Assembly (NCBI GenBank): GCA_963664225.1
Contig: OY760937.1
Location: 992,001 to 1,056,000, forward strand
Length of the DNA: 64,000 nt
Direction of reading: 5' to 3'
Source of the DNA: Verrucomicrobiia bacterium
GTDB lineage: Bacteria > Verrucomicrobiota > Verrucomicrobiia > Limisphaerales > UBA1319
This document shows positions 19,297 through 29,605 of this stretch, one piece after another. The notes beneath the pieces are model-generated. The model did not search any database, was not told where the DNA came from, and saw only the letters and a program-made list of their open reading frames with translations. Positions within the stretch are counted from its first letter, which is position 1; each line of letters opens with the position of its first letter. The position numbers and the translations under genes were made by a program.

Positions 19297-20771
19297 ATTT
19301 GTTCCACTTTTCTTTCGATGGCCGCATCCATTTTTATGAGCGGCGGCCACTGACGTTTAAAACCTTCACCGGGCATTTTTCTTGTGGCATCAATGCCCAT
19401 TTTTGTTCCGATGGCCAGTTCGCTGGTCGCGTGGTCGAGTACGTCGGCAGGACCCTTTGAAAAAATACAGTCCCGCTGCGGATCGGTATTCGCACACAAG
19501 CGGAAAAGCACTTCACTGGTGTTCTGGACATTCACGTCCTCATCCACAATGACGATGTATTTGGTGAACATCATCTGCCCCATGCCCCAAAGACCATGCA
19601 TGATTTTGTAGGCCTGCATGGGGAAGGTCTTTTTGATGCTGACAAAGACGAGGTTGTGAAAAACGCCTTCAGCGGGAAGGGCGATATCGACGATCTCGGG
19701 GAAATTCATCCGAATGATCGGCATGAACAGGCGCACGCTGGCGCAGCCAATGTAAAAATCCTCCATTGGGGGAATGCCAACAATGGTGGCGGGATAGACG
19801 GCATCCCGGCGGTGTGTGATGCAGGTCAGGTGAAAGGCCGGGTATTGATCGGCCAGGGAGTAATAGCCGGTGTGGTCGCCAAAGGGCCCTTCCGTGCGCA
19901 ACGGCTCGGTGGGGTCCACATAACCTTCGAGAACGAAATCGGCGTTTGCTGGAACTTCCAGATCGCAGGTCTCGCACTTGACGAGTTCGACGGATTTTTT
20001 CCGCAAATAGCCCGCGAGGAGAAATTCATCCAGACCGTCTGGTAGCGGGGCTGTGGCACAAAATGTATAAACCGGATCTCCTCCGAGGAACACGGCCACA
20101 GGCATGCGCTGGCCGGTTTCATAATAGCGGCGTCCATGCCGGGCCCCGACTTTTTGAACCTGCCAATGCATACCTGTGGTCTGGGTATCGAAGACCTGCA
20201 TGCGATACATGCCGACGTTGCGCGCGCCGTTGTCCGGATCGCGGGTGACCACGCAGGGCAGAGTGATGTAGCGTCCTCCATCCATGGGCCAGCATTTGAG
20301 GATGGGCAACTCGAGCAGTGTGGGGAGTTCGCCGGTTGAGGAAATGACCGGCGGAACATCAAACCGGTTTATGACTTCCTTGCAAGGACCGCCTTGAACC
20401 GTTTTGGGCCTGGCGTGGCGCAGATCCAGCGCAGTGCCAAGCAAGCTGACGGCTTCACGCAGGCTGGAAGGGGGTTTCGCCTGAACCAGGCTGGCCAGTT
20501 CGGCGGCAACGTCCTCCACGGATTCGGCTCCCAAACTCAAGGCCATGCGCCGCATGGAGCCGAGGGCATTTATGGCGAGGGGGAATGGGGAAGGCTTGCC
20601 GTTGATGGTCGGATGCTCGAAGAGGAGTGCCCGGCCGCCATTGGGCTTTTTCATTTCCCGGTCGGCGATGGCGGTGATTTCCAGCTCCGTGGCAACCGGT
20701 TCGACAACACGAGCCAGTTCACCCTGTCGCTCGAGTTCTTCCAGAAATTGCCGATACGCCTGAAAAGCCAT
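19263..20771 (-). CDS. UbiD-family decarboxylase, probably of menaquinone (futalosine) biosynthesis
   Basis: RNVGMYRMQ, EGPFGDHTGYYS, GIPPMED, GLWGMGQMMFTK, KMGIDATRK. Confidence 0.9.
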   Translation of the reverse strand: MAFQAYRQFLEELERQGELARVVEPVATELEITAIADREMKKPNGGRALLFEHPTINGKPSPFPLAINALGSMRRMALSLGAESVEDVAAELASLVQAKPPSSLREAVSLLGTALDLRHARPKTVQGGPCKEVINRFDVPPVISSTGELPTLLELPILKCWPMDGGRYITLPCVVTRDPDNGARNVGMYRMQVFDTQTTGMHWQVQKVGARHGRRYYETGQRMPVAVFLGGDPVYTFCATAPLPDGLDEFLLAGYLRKKSVELVKCETCDLEVPANADFVLEGYVDPTEPLRTEGPFGDHTGYYSLADQYPAFHLTCITHRRDAVYPATIVGIPPMEDFYIGCASVRLFMPIIRMNFPEIVDIALPAEGVFHNLVFVSIKKTFPMQAYKIMHGLWGMGQMMFTKYIVIVDEDVNVQNTSEVLFRLCANTDPQRDCIFSKGPADVLDHATSELAIGTKMGIDATRKMPGEGFKRQWPPLIKMDAAIERKVEQICASLAALPRV

Positions 20772-20846
20772 AACGACGGCAGGTTAGCACATAGCCAGCG
20801 ACAGCTCCAAAGAGAAAAACATTTATCTGAGGGCGGCGCCGGGCGA

Positions 20847-21383
20847 TTAGTAATCGTAGAGGCCCGCATCGCGGGTATAACTGCCGCCGCCAGCTCCCAT
20901 TCCTCCCATACCGCCCATGCCCATGCCATCCGGGTCGTCCATGCCATCCATCATGCCTCCGAAGATATCACCCATGTCCTGTTCCACTTTTTCGGGATCC
21001 TCGCCTTTTTCAAGGCGCTTAATGGCGTCATCCATTTCTTTGGGCATGGTGTTGGCGGGCAAAATATCCTTCATTTTGCGCATCATCATGGCCATGTGCC
21101 GGGGGTTGTTTTCGTCCATGTGGGACATGTCCCGCTCGATCTCGCCCATGGCGCGCATGATCCTGGGATCGTCCATATCCGGCATGGCCGGTCCTTCGTC
21201 CTCTCCAGAGGTTTTGGGGGCGGATTCGGCCAGTCCCTTGGGCGTGGCGAAGGCGCTCATTTGCCTGTCCAGTTTTGTGTGGCCGCACTTGGGGCAGACC
21301 GGCGAATGTCCGGGATTCACTTTCTTGGAGAGAAAGCTGAAAACGACCCGGCATTTCGGACAGGCAAATTCGTAGATGGGCAT
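20847..21383 (-). CDS. FmdB-type zinc-ribbon protein with Met-rich C-terminal domain
   Basis: MPIYEFACPKC...CPKCG..KLDRQMS. Confidence 0.85.
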   Translation of the reverse strand: MPIYEFACPKCRVVFSFLSKKVNPGHSPVCPKCGHTKLDRQMSAFATPKGLAESAPKTSGEDEGPAMPDMDDPRIMRAMGEIERDMSHMDENNPRHMAMMMRKMKDILPANTMPKEMDDAIKRLEKGEDPEKVEQDMGDIFGGMMDGMDDPDGMGMGGMGGMGAGGGSYTRDAGLYDY

Positions 21384-21398
21384 AATCAGTTCAGGTGA

Positions 21399-22829
21399 TC
21401 ACCATTGACCCGTAGTCAGGTATTCATCGATGGACCGGGCGGCTTTGCGACCCGCGCCCATGGCGAGAATGACGGTGGCTCCGCCAGTGACGATGTCACC
21501 GCCTGCGAACACTCCGGGCTTGGATGTTTTCATGGTGTTATCATCGGCTACGATGTAACCCCATTGATTGGTTTTAAGATCCGGGGTGGTGGATTGAACG
21601 AGCGGATTTCCTCGGTTGCCCGCCGCAATGACCGCCATGCTGATGGGCAGCACAAATTCGGAGCCGGGGATGGGCATGGGGCGGCGGCGGCCGGAGGCAT
21701 CGGGTTCGCCAAGACCCATTTTAATGCACTTGGCGGCTGTAAGCCGTCCCTTGTCGTCGCCCTGGAATTCCACCGGGTTGGTGAGCATCATGAATTGGAT
21801 GCCTTCCTGTTGGGTGTGGTGGACTTCCTCGCGCCGCGCGGGCATCTCGGTTTCGGAACGCCGGTAGATGAGATAAGCTGTTTTGGCTCCCAGCCGAACG
21901 GCTGTGCGCACGGAATCCAGCGCGGTGTTGCCGCCACCGATGACCGCGACGTCTTTGCCGCGGCAATCATAGACGGGCTGATCGAAATCAGGGAAGCGGT
22001 AGGCCTTCATCAGGTTCACGCGGGTAAGGAATTCGTTGGCGGAATAGACGCCACAGAGATTTTCACCCGGGATGTTCAGGAAATTCGGCAGGCCTGCACC
22101 GGTGCAAACGAGGATGGCGTGGTAACCTTCTTCCTTGAACAATTCATCGACGGTGATCGTGCGCCCAACGACGACATTCGTTTTGAATTCGACACCCATG
22201 CGGCGCAGGTTGTCCACCTCTTCGCGCACGATTTGTTTGGGGAGCCGGAATTCGGGAATGCCGTAAAGCAGCACGCCACCGATATCATGCAGGGCTTCGA
22301 AGACCGTGACCGAATGACCGCGTTGAATGAGGTCTCCGGCGGCGCTCAGGGCGGTGGGGCCGCTGCCGACGATGGCCACCTTTTTGCCGGTGGCAGGGGC
22401 GTTTTTCGGCAGCCCAACCTGACCATGTGCCCGCTCATAATCCGCAACGAAGCGCTCCAGGTAGCCGATGGCGAGGGATTCGCCTTTTTTGGTGAGAATG
22501 CAGACGCCTTCGCATTGTTCTTCCTGGGGACAAACGCGGCCTGTGATGGCGGGCAGGACGTTGTCTTCGCGCATTTTGGCGGCGGCGCCCAAAATGTCGC
22601 CGGCAACGATCAGCTCGACAAATTCACGGATTTTGACTCCAACGGGACAGCCGCTGACACAATGGGCGGCCTTGCATTCGAGGCACCGGGAGGCTTCCTT
22701 TTGGGCGATGGCGATATCCAGCCCCAGGTTGACTTCCTTGAAATTCATGCGTCGCACATCGGGGGCCTGCTCCGGCATGCGCTGCCGGGCGATCTTCATG
22801 CGATCTTTGAGGGGGATGGGATTGGTCAT
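21399..22829 (-). CDS. nfnB: NADH-dependent reduced ferredoxin:NADP+ oxidoreductase large subunit (NfnB/SudA, GltD-like)
   Basis: RCLEC...CVSGCP, GRVCPQEEQCE, GSGP, YGIPEFRLPK, GGGNTALD, GGDIVTGGATV. ATGA overlap with the upstream nfnA. Confidence 0.88.
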   Translation of the reverse strand: MTNPIPLKDRMKIARQRMPEQAPDVRRMNFKEVNLGLDIAIAQKEASRCLECKAAHCVSGCPVGVKIREFVELIVAGDILGAAAKMREDNVLPAITGRVCPQEEQCEGVCILTKKGESLAIGYLERFVADYERAHGQVGLPKNAPATGKKVAIVGSGPTALSAAGDLIQRGHSVTVFEALHDIGGVLLYGIPEFRLPKQIVREEVDNLRRMGVEFKTNVVVGRTITVDELFKEEGYHAILVCTGAGLPNFLNIPGENLCGVYSANEFLTRVNLMKAYRFPDFDQPVYDCRGKDVAVIGGGNTALDSVRTAVRLGAKTAYLIYRRSETEMPARREEVHHTQQEGIQFMMLTNPVEFQGDDKGRLTAAKCIKMGLGEPDASGRRRPMPIPGSEFVLPISMAVIAAGNRGNPLVQSTTPDLKTNQWGYIVADDNTMKTSKPGVFAGGDIVTGGATVILAMGAGRKAARSIDEYLTTGQW

Positions 22830-23731
22830 TTGACTGGAGAGTTGAGATTGGTTAGTGCGGAAACGGCAGCCGTGAGTTTGCATTCTTGCGGCTCACATGG
22901 CTTTTGAAGGGAGTCAGTGAAATGTTTGAGGGACAATTGCTCGGCGTCGCGATACATGGAGTTGCGCGCGATCAGGACCCCAAAGTCCACTTTGTGGCCG
23001 TCGAACTCGGGACCATCGACACAGGCAAACTTGCTTTTATTATCGACCACGACACGGCAGCCGCCGCACATCCCGGTGCCGTCCACCATGATGGGGTTGA
23101 GAGAGACCATGGTTTTAATGCCATAAGGACGTGTGGCTTCGCAAACCGCCCGCATCATGGGGATGGGACCGATGGCCAGGACGAAATCGATCTTGCGGCC
23201 TTGCTGGATGAGACCCTTAAGTTTGTCAGTGACAAAACCTTTTTCGGAGTAGGAGCCGTCGTCCGTGGTGAAAAAGGCTTCGCTGCTGATGGCGCGCATT
23301 TCTTCCTCGAGGATGACGAGGGATTTGGTGCGCGCGCCGACGATTGAAATGACGTGGTTGCCGGCTTCTTTGAGGGCTTTGGCTGTGGGGTAGGCGATTG
23401 CGGTGCCCAAACCTCCGCCAATGACCACGGCGGTGCCATAATTGTGAATTTCGGAGGGCATTCCCAAGGGGCCGACGACGTCGCAGATGAAATCGCCTTT
23501 ATTCATCGTGTTCAGGAGGCGCGTGGTTTTTCCAACGCTCTGCACGATGATGGTGATGGTCTGGTCCGTGAGATCGGAGTCAGCGATGGTCAGAGGGATA
23601 CGCTCACCCTGGTCGTGGACGCGCAGAATGACGAATTGCCCCGCTTTGCGTTTTTTGGCGACTGCCGGGGCCTTGATCTTGAATAGTTTAACATCGGGCG
23701 CCAAGAGTCGCGCTTCCACTATTTCATACAT
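22826..23731 (-). CDS. nfnA: NADH-dependent reduced ferredoxin:NADP+ oxidoreductase small subunit (NfnA/SudB)
   Basis: GQFVILR..GERIPLTIAD, GPLG, MVDGTGMCGGCRV...CVDGPEFDG (2Fe-2S with Asp ligand). Confidence 0.9.
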   Translation of the reverse strand: MYEIVEARLLAPDVKLFKIKAPAVAKKRKAGQFVILRVHDQGERIPLTIADSDLTDQTITIIVQSVGKTTRLLNTMNKGDFICDVVGPLGMPSEIHNYGTAVVIGGGLGTAIAYPTAKALKEAGNHVISIVGARTKSLVILEEEMRAISSEAFFTTDDGSYSEKGFVTDKLKGLIQQGRKIDFVLAIGPIPMMRAVCEATRPYGIKTMVSLNPIMVDGTGMCGGCRVVVDNKSKFACVDGPEFDGHKVDFGVLIARNSMYRDAEQLSLKHFTDSLQKPCEPQECKLTAAVSALTNLNSPVK

Positions 23732-24065
23732 AAATTAGCAAAAAAACTGTTCAATCCGCTGCAGATCAAGCGCTTAATGCTTGATTCACCGCATGCATTC
23801 GTGCCGTTTTCAGATTCCTTTGAAAACTACGAACATATAAATCCTAACGGGAAGCGGGATTTCGTGCAAGAGGGTCGTTTGGGTCGTTGGGCTGATCTCC
23901 CAGCGAAAGAATCAGAATCGAAGCAACCAATTGCAGTTCAGTGTCTTGCTCAGGTATGGGGGGTAATCGATTGAGAATGGGGATTTAACAAGAGATCGAA
24001 GCCACATCAAAGACAGAGACTCTTCCCGATAAATCGTTTTCCATGACGACTTGTTTTTGGCGCAA

Positions 24066-27044
24066 TTAATTGCCTTTCTGGAGTCGGTAAAAGCGGACTG
24101 CGGAGTGGGCCAGGGAGTTGTCTTCGAAATAAAAAGTGTCATTAGCGGAGTTGGTCATCAGAAGTGTAGTCCAGTTGACGAAGTTTTCTGAAATTTGAAT
24201 GAGGCAGTTTATTCCTGCAACGCCCATTGCCATGAGAAGAAAACCGCCGGTGTCCTGGTATCCCAAGGCCTGAAGGCGCATGGGAGCGGGGGCATCGACG
24301 ATGAGCGTGTATGTCTGTTCGAGAGTGTGTCCCTGGGAATCGCTGAGAAGCAGTATGAAAGGGAACGTTCCAGAGCCGGTGGGAATACCTGAGAGGACGC
24401 CATCGGCGCTTAACTGGAGAGCGGGTGGCAGAGGATTTGAAGCGCTGGCGAGCGCCCAGATATATGGGGCATTTCCCCCATAGGCCGTCAGAGTCTGGTT
24501 AAAGGGTAATCCTGAACGCGCCTCATCGAGGAGAGTGGTTGTGATGGTGAGAGGCGTGAAGACTATCCTATAATTTTCGATGACATCCCCATTATCAACG
24601 AGGACTTCACGAGGGTCCGGTGTGATATAAAATAACGGGTCCAGGTCGGGAAATTGCAGGCGCCAGAGACCGCTGCTGACCGTGATGGCATATTGGCCGT
24701 TCGAGTCCGTGACGCCGAGTCCATAGTATGTGGCGTTGGTTTTGGAGTTGTAATTCAGTGTGGCCAGCACATGCATTCCTGTGATGGGTTGATTGAGTCC
24801 ATCGAGAACGGTTCCAGATATTTGTCTAGAAAACCGATGGAGTACCATTTTAATGTCAGATAGGTAATCTCCATCAACCACTTGAAGGGTGAGGAATGGA
24901 GTGGCGTAGTCAACCGCCTGTGGGGCGGAAGAATCGACACGGAGTGTCCACTCGCCCGAAGAAACGCCGATTTGAAAGGCGCCGGTGGCATCCGTGACGG
25001 TGGAGATGGCGTAATGGGAGGAATCAACTGCGTTGACGGCTAGCCCCTGGATGGGGTTGCCGGAATCGTCCACAAATGCACCTGCCAAAAAGGCAGTGGC
25101 TCGAATCGCGCTGTATTGGTAATAGATGGCCTCACCGTGGGTGGGGGAAATAATGGGCCAATCACCCACGACGAAACCATTGCGAAAAAGATCCGTTGGG
25201 TTGGGTCCTGCAGTCCAGTCCCCGGCAGTTATACCAACGGCATAGAAACCGCTGAAATCGCTCCGGACAGAAGCTGAGGACCAGGGAAGGTCGATGGCGG
25301 AGGCATTGATCGTGATTCCAGGGATTGGCTTTAAGAAAGCATCCTTGATGGTTCCAAAGACGACTGCATCGGGTCTGCCGAGGGAGATTGCCAGGCCGGA
25401 GACATCGCCCGTATAGGTGTTCACCACCGGGTTGGATTTCAAGCCAAGGCAGCCGGTCATGCTCAAACCTTTTGAACTTAATTGAAGGGTATTGGTGGCA
25501 GCCAGGACGGAGAGCTTGAAATTTCCCTGTGAGTCCGAGGCCGTGATCGCGGCCCAACCTTCGGGGGATTTCGCAATCAACTGCTGGCCGCCCAGTCCCG
25601 AGGTCGCATCGCCAATGGTTCCCTGTATTAGTCGGTCGGCCGCCAGGAGGCCTGGATTTACGATGGCATTTTGCCCCGGACTGACAAAGGCCATGGGGGG
25701 CCAATCGAGATTGCCAACGAAACCCTCCTTGAAAGCGACTATGGCATAAACACCCGGCTGGCAGGAAATCTCATAATGCCCCGTGGAATCGGTCACCACC
25801 CCGCCAATCCAATTAGTGTTCGGCGGGGAGGAATAAAAAACAAGGGCGTTGCCCACGACAAGGCCTCCGGATGTCACCTGCCCGGAGATTTTCTGCCCCG
25901 ATTCCCGGGGGAGGATATGCATGGGAAGGATGATGGGGCTGAATTGGCCGTAGAAATCGGTGACGCGCGTGATGTAACCCGCAGTCAGTCGGTTTAGATC
26001 GGATTGGGACCTGTAATCGAACGCCGCAAAGATCTGACCGTTGGTCTGGTAATCTTCGTCGCCTGGAACCGCGGGGAACGGGATTCCCGCCACCGAAAAT
26101 GCCGCGCCATCCGTAATTGAAATGCTCTGACAAAGCAGGTCGCCGTCATCGATGACTCCGCTGCCATTGGCATCGAGAAACTTTTCAAATAATACCGGCT
26201 GACCAAAGGCTACGCCATTCACTTTCAATGACAGCAAACCGGCATAATCATCCGTGAAGGTGTTCGGGCTAACGCTCACCGTGTTGGTGTGCGCCAGGTT
26301 GATGACGATGATGTTTGTGATCGTGGTATTGGTGAAGACGTCCGTGGCGCGGATCGAAACCAGGTTCCTGCCGACATTTTTCAAGGTCAACATTGCAGTC
26401 CAAACGCCGCCAGTTCCTTGATAGGTCATATTTTGCAAAGTGGCGTCCCCGCCAATTTGAAGTTTGAGGTGGCTGTCATCTTTGACTGTTCCGGAGATGG
26501 TGGTGTTGGAACTCCAGGAATAAATGGCCTGGAATCCCGGCGTGAGCGGAGTGGCTGGCATTACATCGCTTGTATAATTAACGGAAACAACGGGTGGACG
26601 GTTGTCTCCTGAAACTATTGCTCCCGTTGAAAAAGTAAGGGTTATAGATTCGGAATTCGTCTCCATAGTGGAGTTGGTCACCACGCCGCACACGGATGCA
26701 CAACCAAAGATGTAGGTTGTGCCAGGGTCCAGATCCGAAAAGGTGTAGGTGTAATCCTGATCGGGAGAATGATCTGGTACGAATGTCTGGGTCAAATCGG
26801 GTTTGCCGGGAATGGATCGTGTGAGCAAATACCCTTTATTGAAATAAGGCGGGGGTTGGGGGGGCGCCATTTTCCAGGAAAGAGTGACAGGGATATTGAC
26901 CGGCCCGGGAACCTGGGCCGAGGCGGACCAGGCGCCAAAAGAAAGGCCCAACCAGAATAAAAAACAGCAGAGCCAATCGCTTCGCTGGAATAATCCAAAG
27001 CGTGGCGCACGCAGAGGCTGCATAATGGTGACAAGCCTTTTCAT
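24066..27044 (-). CDS. Large secreted beta-sandwich repeat protein (carboxypeptidase-regulatory-like repeats, Ig-like domain, C-terminal FYR domain)
   Basis: Repeated ISG.V....(T/S)D..G.(Y/F) units; LTAYGGNAPYIW...LPPALQLSADGVLSG; ends RFYRLQKGN. Start uncertain. Confidence 0.75.
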   Translation of the reverse strand: MKRLVTIMQPLRAPRFGLFQRSDWLCCFLFWLGLSFGAWSASAQVPGPVNIPVTLSWKMAPPQPPPYFNKGYLLTRSIPGKPDLTQTFVPDHSPDQDYTYTFSDLDPGTTYIFGCASVCGVVTNSTMETNSESITLTFSTGAIVSGDNRPPVVSVNYTSDVMPATPLTPGFQAIYSWSSNTTISGTVKDDSHLKLQIGGDATLQNMTYQGTGGVWTAMLTLKNVGRNLVSIRATDVFTNTTITNIIVINLAHTNTVSVSPNTFTDDYAGLLSLKVNGVAFGQPVLFEKFLDANGSGVIDDGDLLCQSISITDGAAFSVAGIPFPAVPGDEDYQTNGQIFAAFDYRSQSDLNRLTAGYITRVTDFYGQFSPIILPMHILPRESGQKISGQVTSGGLVVGNALVFYSSPPNTNWIGGVVTDSTGHYEISCQPGVYAIVAFKEGFVGNLDWPPMAFVSPGQNAIVNPGLLAADRLIQGTIGDATSGLGGQQLIAKSPEGWAAITASDSQGNFKLSVLAATNTLQLSSKGLSMTGCLGLKSNPVVNTYTGDVSGLAISLGRPDAVVFGTIKDAFLKPIPGITINASAIDLPWSSASVRSDFSGFYAVGITAGDWTAGPNPTDLFRNGFVVGDWPIISPTHGEAIYYQYSAIRATAFLAGAFVDDSGNPIQGLAVNAVDSSHYAISTVTDATGAFQIGVSSGEWTLRVDSSAPQAVDYATPFLTLQVVDGDYLSDIKMVLHRFSRQISGTVLDGLNQPITGMHVLATLNYNSKTNATYYGLGVTDSNGQYAITVSSGLWRLQFPDLDPLFYITPDPREVLVDNGDVIENYRIVFTPLTITTTLLDEARSGLPFNQTLTAYGGNAPYIWALASASNPLPPALQLSADGVLSGIPTGSGTFPFILLLSDSQGHTLEQTYTLIVDAPAPMRLQALGYQDTGGFLLMAMGVAGINCLIQISENFVNWTTLLMTNSANDTFYFEDNSLAHSAVRFYRLQKGN

Positions 27045-27243
27045 CAACCTTAGATTCAGGTTAAATCCCTGGTCTGGCTGAACCTGATGGGAGCGCAATT
27101 GGTCCCACCTTCCTTAAAGGCAAGCTAACACACGAACGGCGGGCGTCGAGGGACTATTTTTGCGCCCGCTTGTTCAGGAAATCCACCAGTCAAGAAACGG
27201 CGTGCCCGGTTGTGTTTGCGGAGTCGATGTCGATATTCAATGT

Positions 27244-29508
27244 CTATTGGTTTTCGAGCGTGCGCTGGTTCAATAAACGATAACGATAGAGTGATTGCCC
27301 AATGAGACGGCTTCCTTCGATGGTTTCCCGATACGGAGTGTCGGCAACATCGATGAATCCGATCTGGTAATTCTCCTCATCATAGACACGTCCGGTTACC
27401 GGTTCGTCCTGATATTGGAACCAGTGGCAGCCGACAAAGGAGGGGTGATTCAAAACGCCGCGCACATAGCTCGCATAGGCTTCCGCGCGGGCCTTCTGGC
27501 TGGGTGTGGAAACCAGACCTGTATGGAACATGCCCCGATCCAACGCGCCAAAATGGAACTCTCCGATGATGAGCGGGACATCGGCGTTACCATTGAATTT
27601 GAAGTCGGCAACGCTGCGTTGATAAAGGTTGTAGCTCACAACATCGCAAAACTCAGCCGCTGCGGCCGCCGCATTGGAGTTGACCCATGCAAAACGGCAG
27701 CCCAGATAGAGTTGATTGGGCGCGGCTTCCTTGATGGTGTCCCGGACGGTTTTGAAGTATAGCCGGGCGATTCTGGAATAAAAGCTAAGCAGGTCCACTT
27801 TTGCCTTCTCCTTGTCTGGAGTTGTGCGGCCTTCCAGCAAGGCATTCCATGAGTCAAACGTGGTTCCCCAAGTTTCGTTGAGCTTCGCAATTCCAGTGTA
27901 TTTGGTTTTTAGATCCGAGATGAAAGCGATTTTGGCAGGTTGACCGGCCGGACAACGCAGAGTGGCCAGCGCCAGGGAGGACTCATCGCCCCAGGACATT
28001 TCGTTGTCGGCGAAATAGCCCAGGCACCAGGGATCGCCGGCGCTGCCGCCGACCTTCCCGGCCATCGCTTTGCGCAAGCCTTCCTTGAATTGAGACGCGA
28101 ATACGTCCGGGAACTGTCCCCAATAGCCTTCGCTGGCGGCAATTCTTGGGGTGTCGTGCGTGCCTATGGCATCCACGTAGGGTGTGCGTTTCGGCCGATT
28201 TACATCGTTTTGGCCGGAAGTTGCGGAGCGGACCGGCCGGAACAGTGCGCCATCGGACCACATGCCGATGGTGTTCAAACCCCAACTCCGAAGACGGGTG
28301 TGAACGATGGGAATGAGGGCGCTTTTATAGTCGGTTCCGTATTTACGTTGGGAATTGGCTCCAGAGAATGAAAAGCATGCGGGTGTTTTACCTGCATAAT
28401 GTCCTTTGAGCGCATAGCCTTTGCCAAGGAATGCGGTGAATTCCGGCTTGTCGCCCGGAAACTCTTCGAACCAAGAGGCGCGTTCGTCGATGGGTGTGGT
28501 ATCTCTGGACAGCACGCAGTCGATGCCTTGGGAGAAAAAGAGTCGTCCATCGGGATCCACCAGCCACCATTTTTCCTTGTATTTTTCAGTGCGGAAGAAG
28601 CCGGTGCCTTTGAGCTGAGGGCCGGAAATCCATCCGCCGTATTGATCCCAATCCGATGGGCCTGGATTGGCGTTCAATTCCGCGGCTTCACGTTGTCGCC
28701 GTTCGATGAGTTCCTTCTCAGAATGTGTTTTGCCCGGCCAGTCCTTGTGGCGGTATTGTCCAAAAGTATCAATGAAAGGGAAGAATGGCGTCGAGTCGTT
28801 GATCCCTGCCGTGGGCGATGTGTAAACGCCTGAGGCCTGAACGGAAACCACTTCAAAAGTTTGGTTCACGGTCGGGTTTGACACGAAGAGCAGCAACTGG
28901 GTGATGTTGGCCGGATCCACGGTGTCTTCACCGCCATAACCCACAGGGTATCCCCGCATTCCAAAGAGTTTTCCGCCGAGCTTGTCGGAGCTGTTGCGCT
29001 TTAATTCGACATGGATTGCGCCGGTTTTGCCGGGATCCAGGCTGACCGAGTCGGTGCGACAGTTTTTGGTGCCATCTGCGCCGGGATTATCGACACGGCA
29101 ATTCAAAGTGGCCCGGTTCGTGCCAGTGTTCTTCACAGAAACGCTGATTTGTGCAAAGGAGGAGAGGTTCCAGTGGCCTTCAGGAGCCTTGAGTGTGATG
29201 CCCGGCCAGGTGGTCTTATGGCCCAGTTCCATTTTCAAGGCTGTGCCCTGAGCCGATTTTTCCAGTGAATAACCCGCATCATTGGTGAGAATGTTGCCCG
29301 GGCTAATCGAATCAAACGCAAAGAGGTTTGTGACGCTGATGGCGCGGGACGAGGATGTTTCATTGGCTTGCTCGCTTTGTGCCTGTGCCGTCCCGGACCA
29401 CAGCGCGGCTGTCAACGTTCCCATGACGAGTATTCGGGCAGGCCGGGTGTGAAGTCGGGGGGGCACGGAATCAAGCCAGGACCGGGCGACGGAAACGAGG
29501 ATGTTCAT
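27244..29508 (-). CDS. GH50-like (beta-agarase-like) glycoside hydrolase with N-terminal CBM-like domain
   Basis: FIDTFGQY, DQYGGW, GFFRTEK..KWWLVDPDG, RLRSWGLNTIG, ADNEMSWG, IIGEFHFGALDRG, VGCHWFQY. Confidence 0.85.
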   Translation of the reverse strand: MNILVSVARSWLDSVPPRLHTRPARILVMGTLTAALWSGTAQAQSEQANETSSSRAISVTNLFAFDSISPGNILTNDAGYSLEKSAQGTALKMELGHKTTWPGITLKAPEGHWNLSSFAQISVSVKNTGTNRATLNCRVDNPGADGTKNCRTDSVSLDPGKTGAIHVELKRNSSDKLGGKLFGMRGYPVGYGGEDTVDPANITQLLLFVSNPTVNQTFEVVSVQASGVYTSPTAGINDSTPFFPFIDTFGQYRHKDWPGKTHSEKELIERRQREAAELNANPGPSDWDQYGGWISGPQLKGTGFFRTEKYKEKWWLVDPDGRLFFSQGIDCVLSRDTTPIDERASWFEEFPGDKPEFTAFLGKGYALKGHYAGKTPACFSFSGANSQRKYGTDYKSALIPIVHTRLRSWGLNTIGMWSDGALFRPVRSATSGQNDVNRPKRTPYVDAIGTHDTPRIAASEGYWGQFPDVFASQFKEGLRKAMAGKVGGSAGDPWCLGYFADNEMSWGDESSLALATLRCPAGQPAKIAFISDLKTKYTGIAKLNETWGTTFDSWNALLEGRTTPDKEKAKVDLLSFYSRIARLYFKTVRDTIKEAAPNQLYLGCRFAWVNSNAAAAAAEFCDVVSYNLYQRSVADFKFNGNADVPLIIGEFHFGALDRGMFHTGLVSTPSQKARAEAYASYVRGVLNHPSFVGCHWFQYQDEPVTGRVYDEENYQIGFIDVADTPYRETIEGSRLIGQSLYRYRLLNQRTLENQ

Positions 29509-29605
29509 GGAACTCAGAGTAATATTCCAACTGGCGGGGGAACAGTCCAAAATTTGTCTGACGGAACTTTTTTGACACCCGGGCTGTGGTATCTATGGTG
29601 TGTTC

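Noticed and set aside
21399..22829. Annotation as glutamate synthase small subunit
   Set aside because: No gltB is nearby and the gene is coupled to an NfnA/SudB-type gene, which fits NfnAB better.
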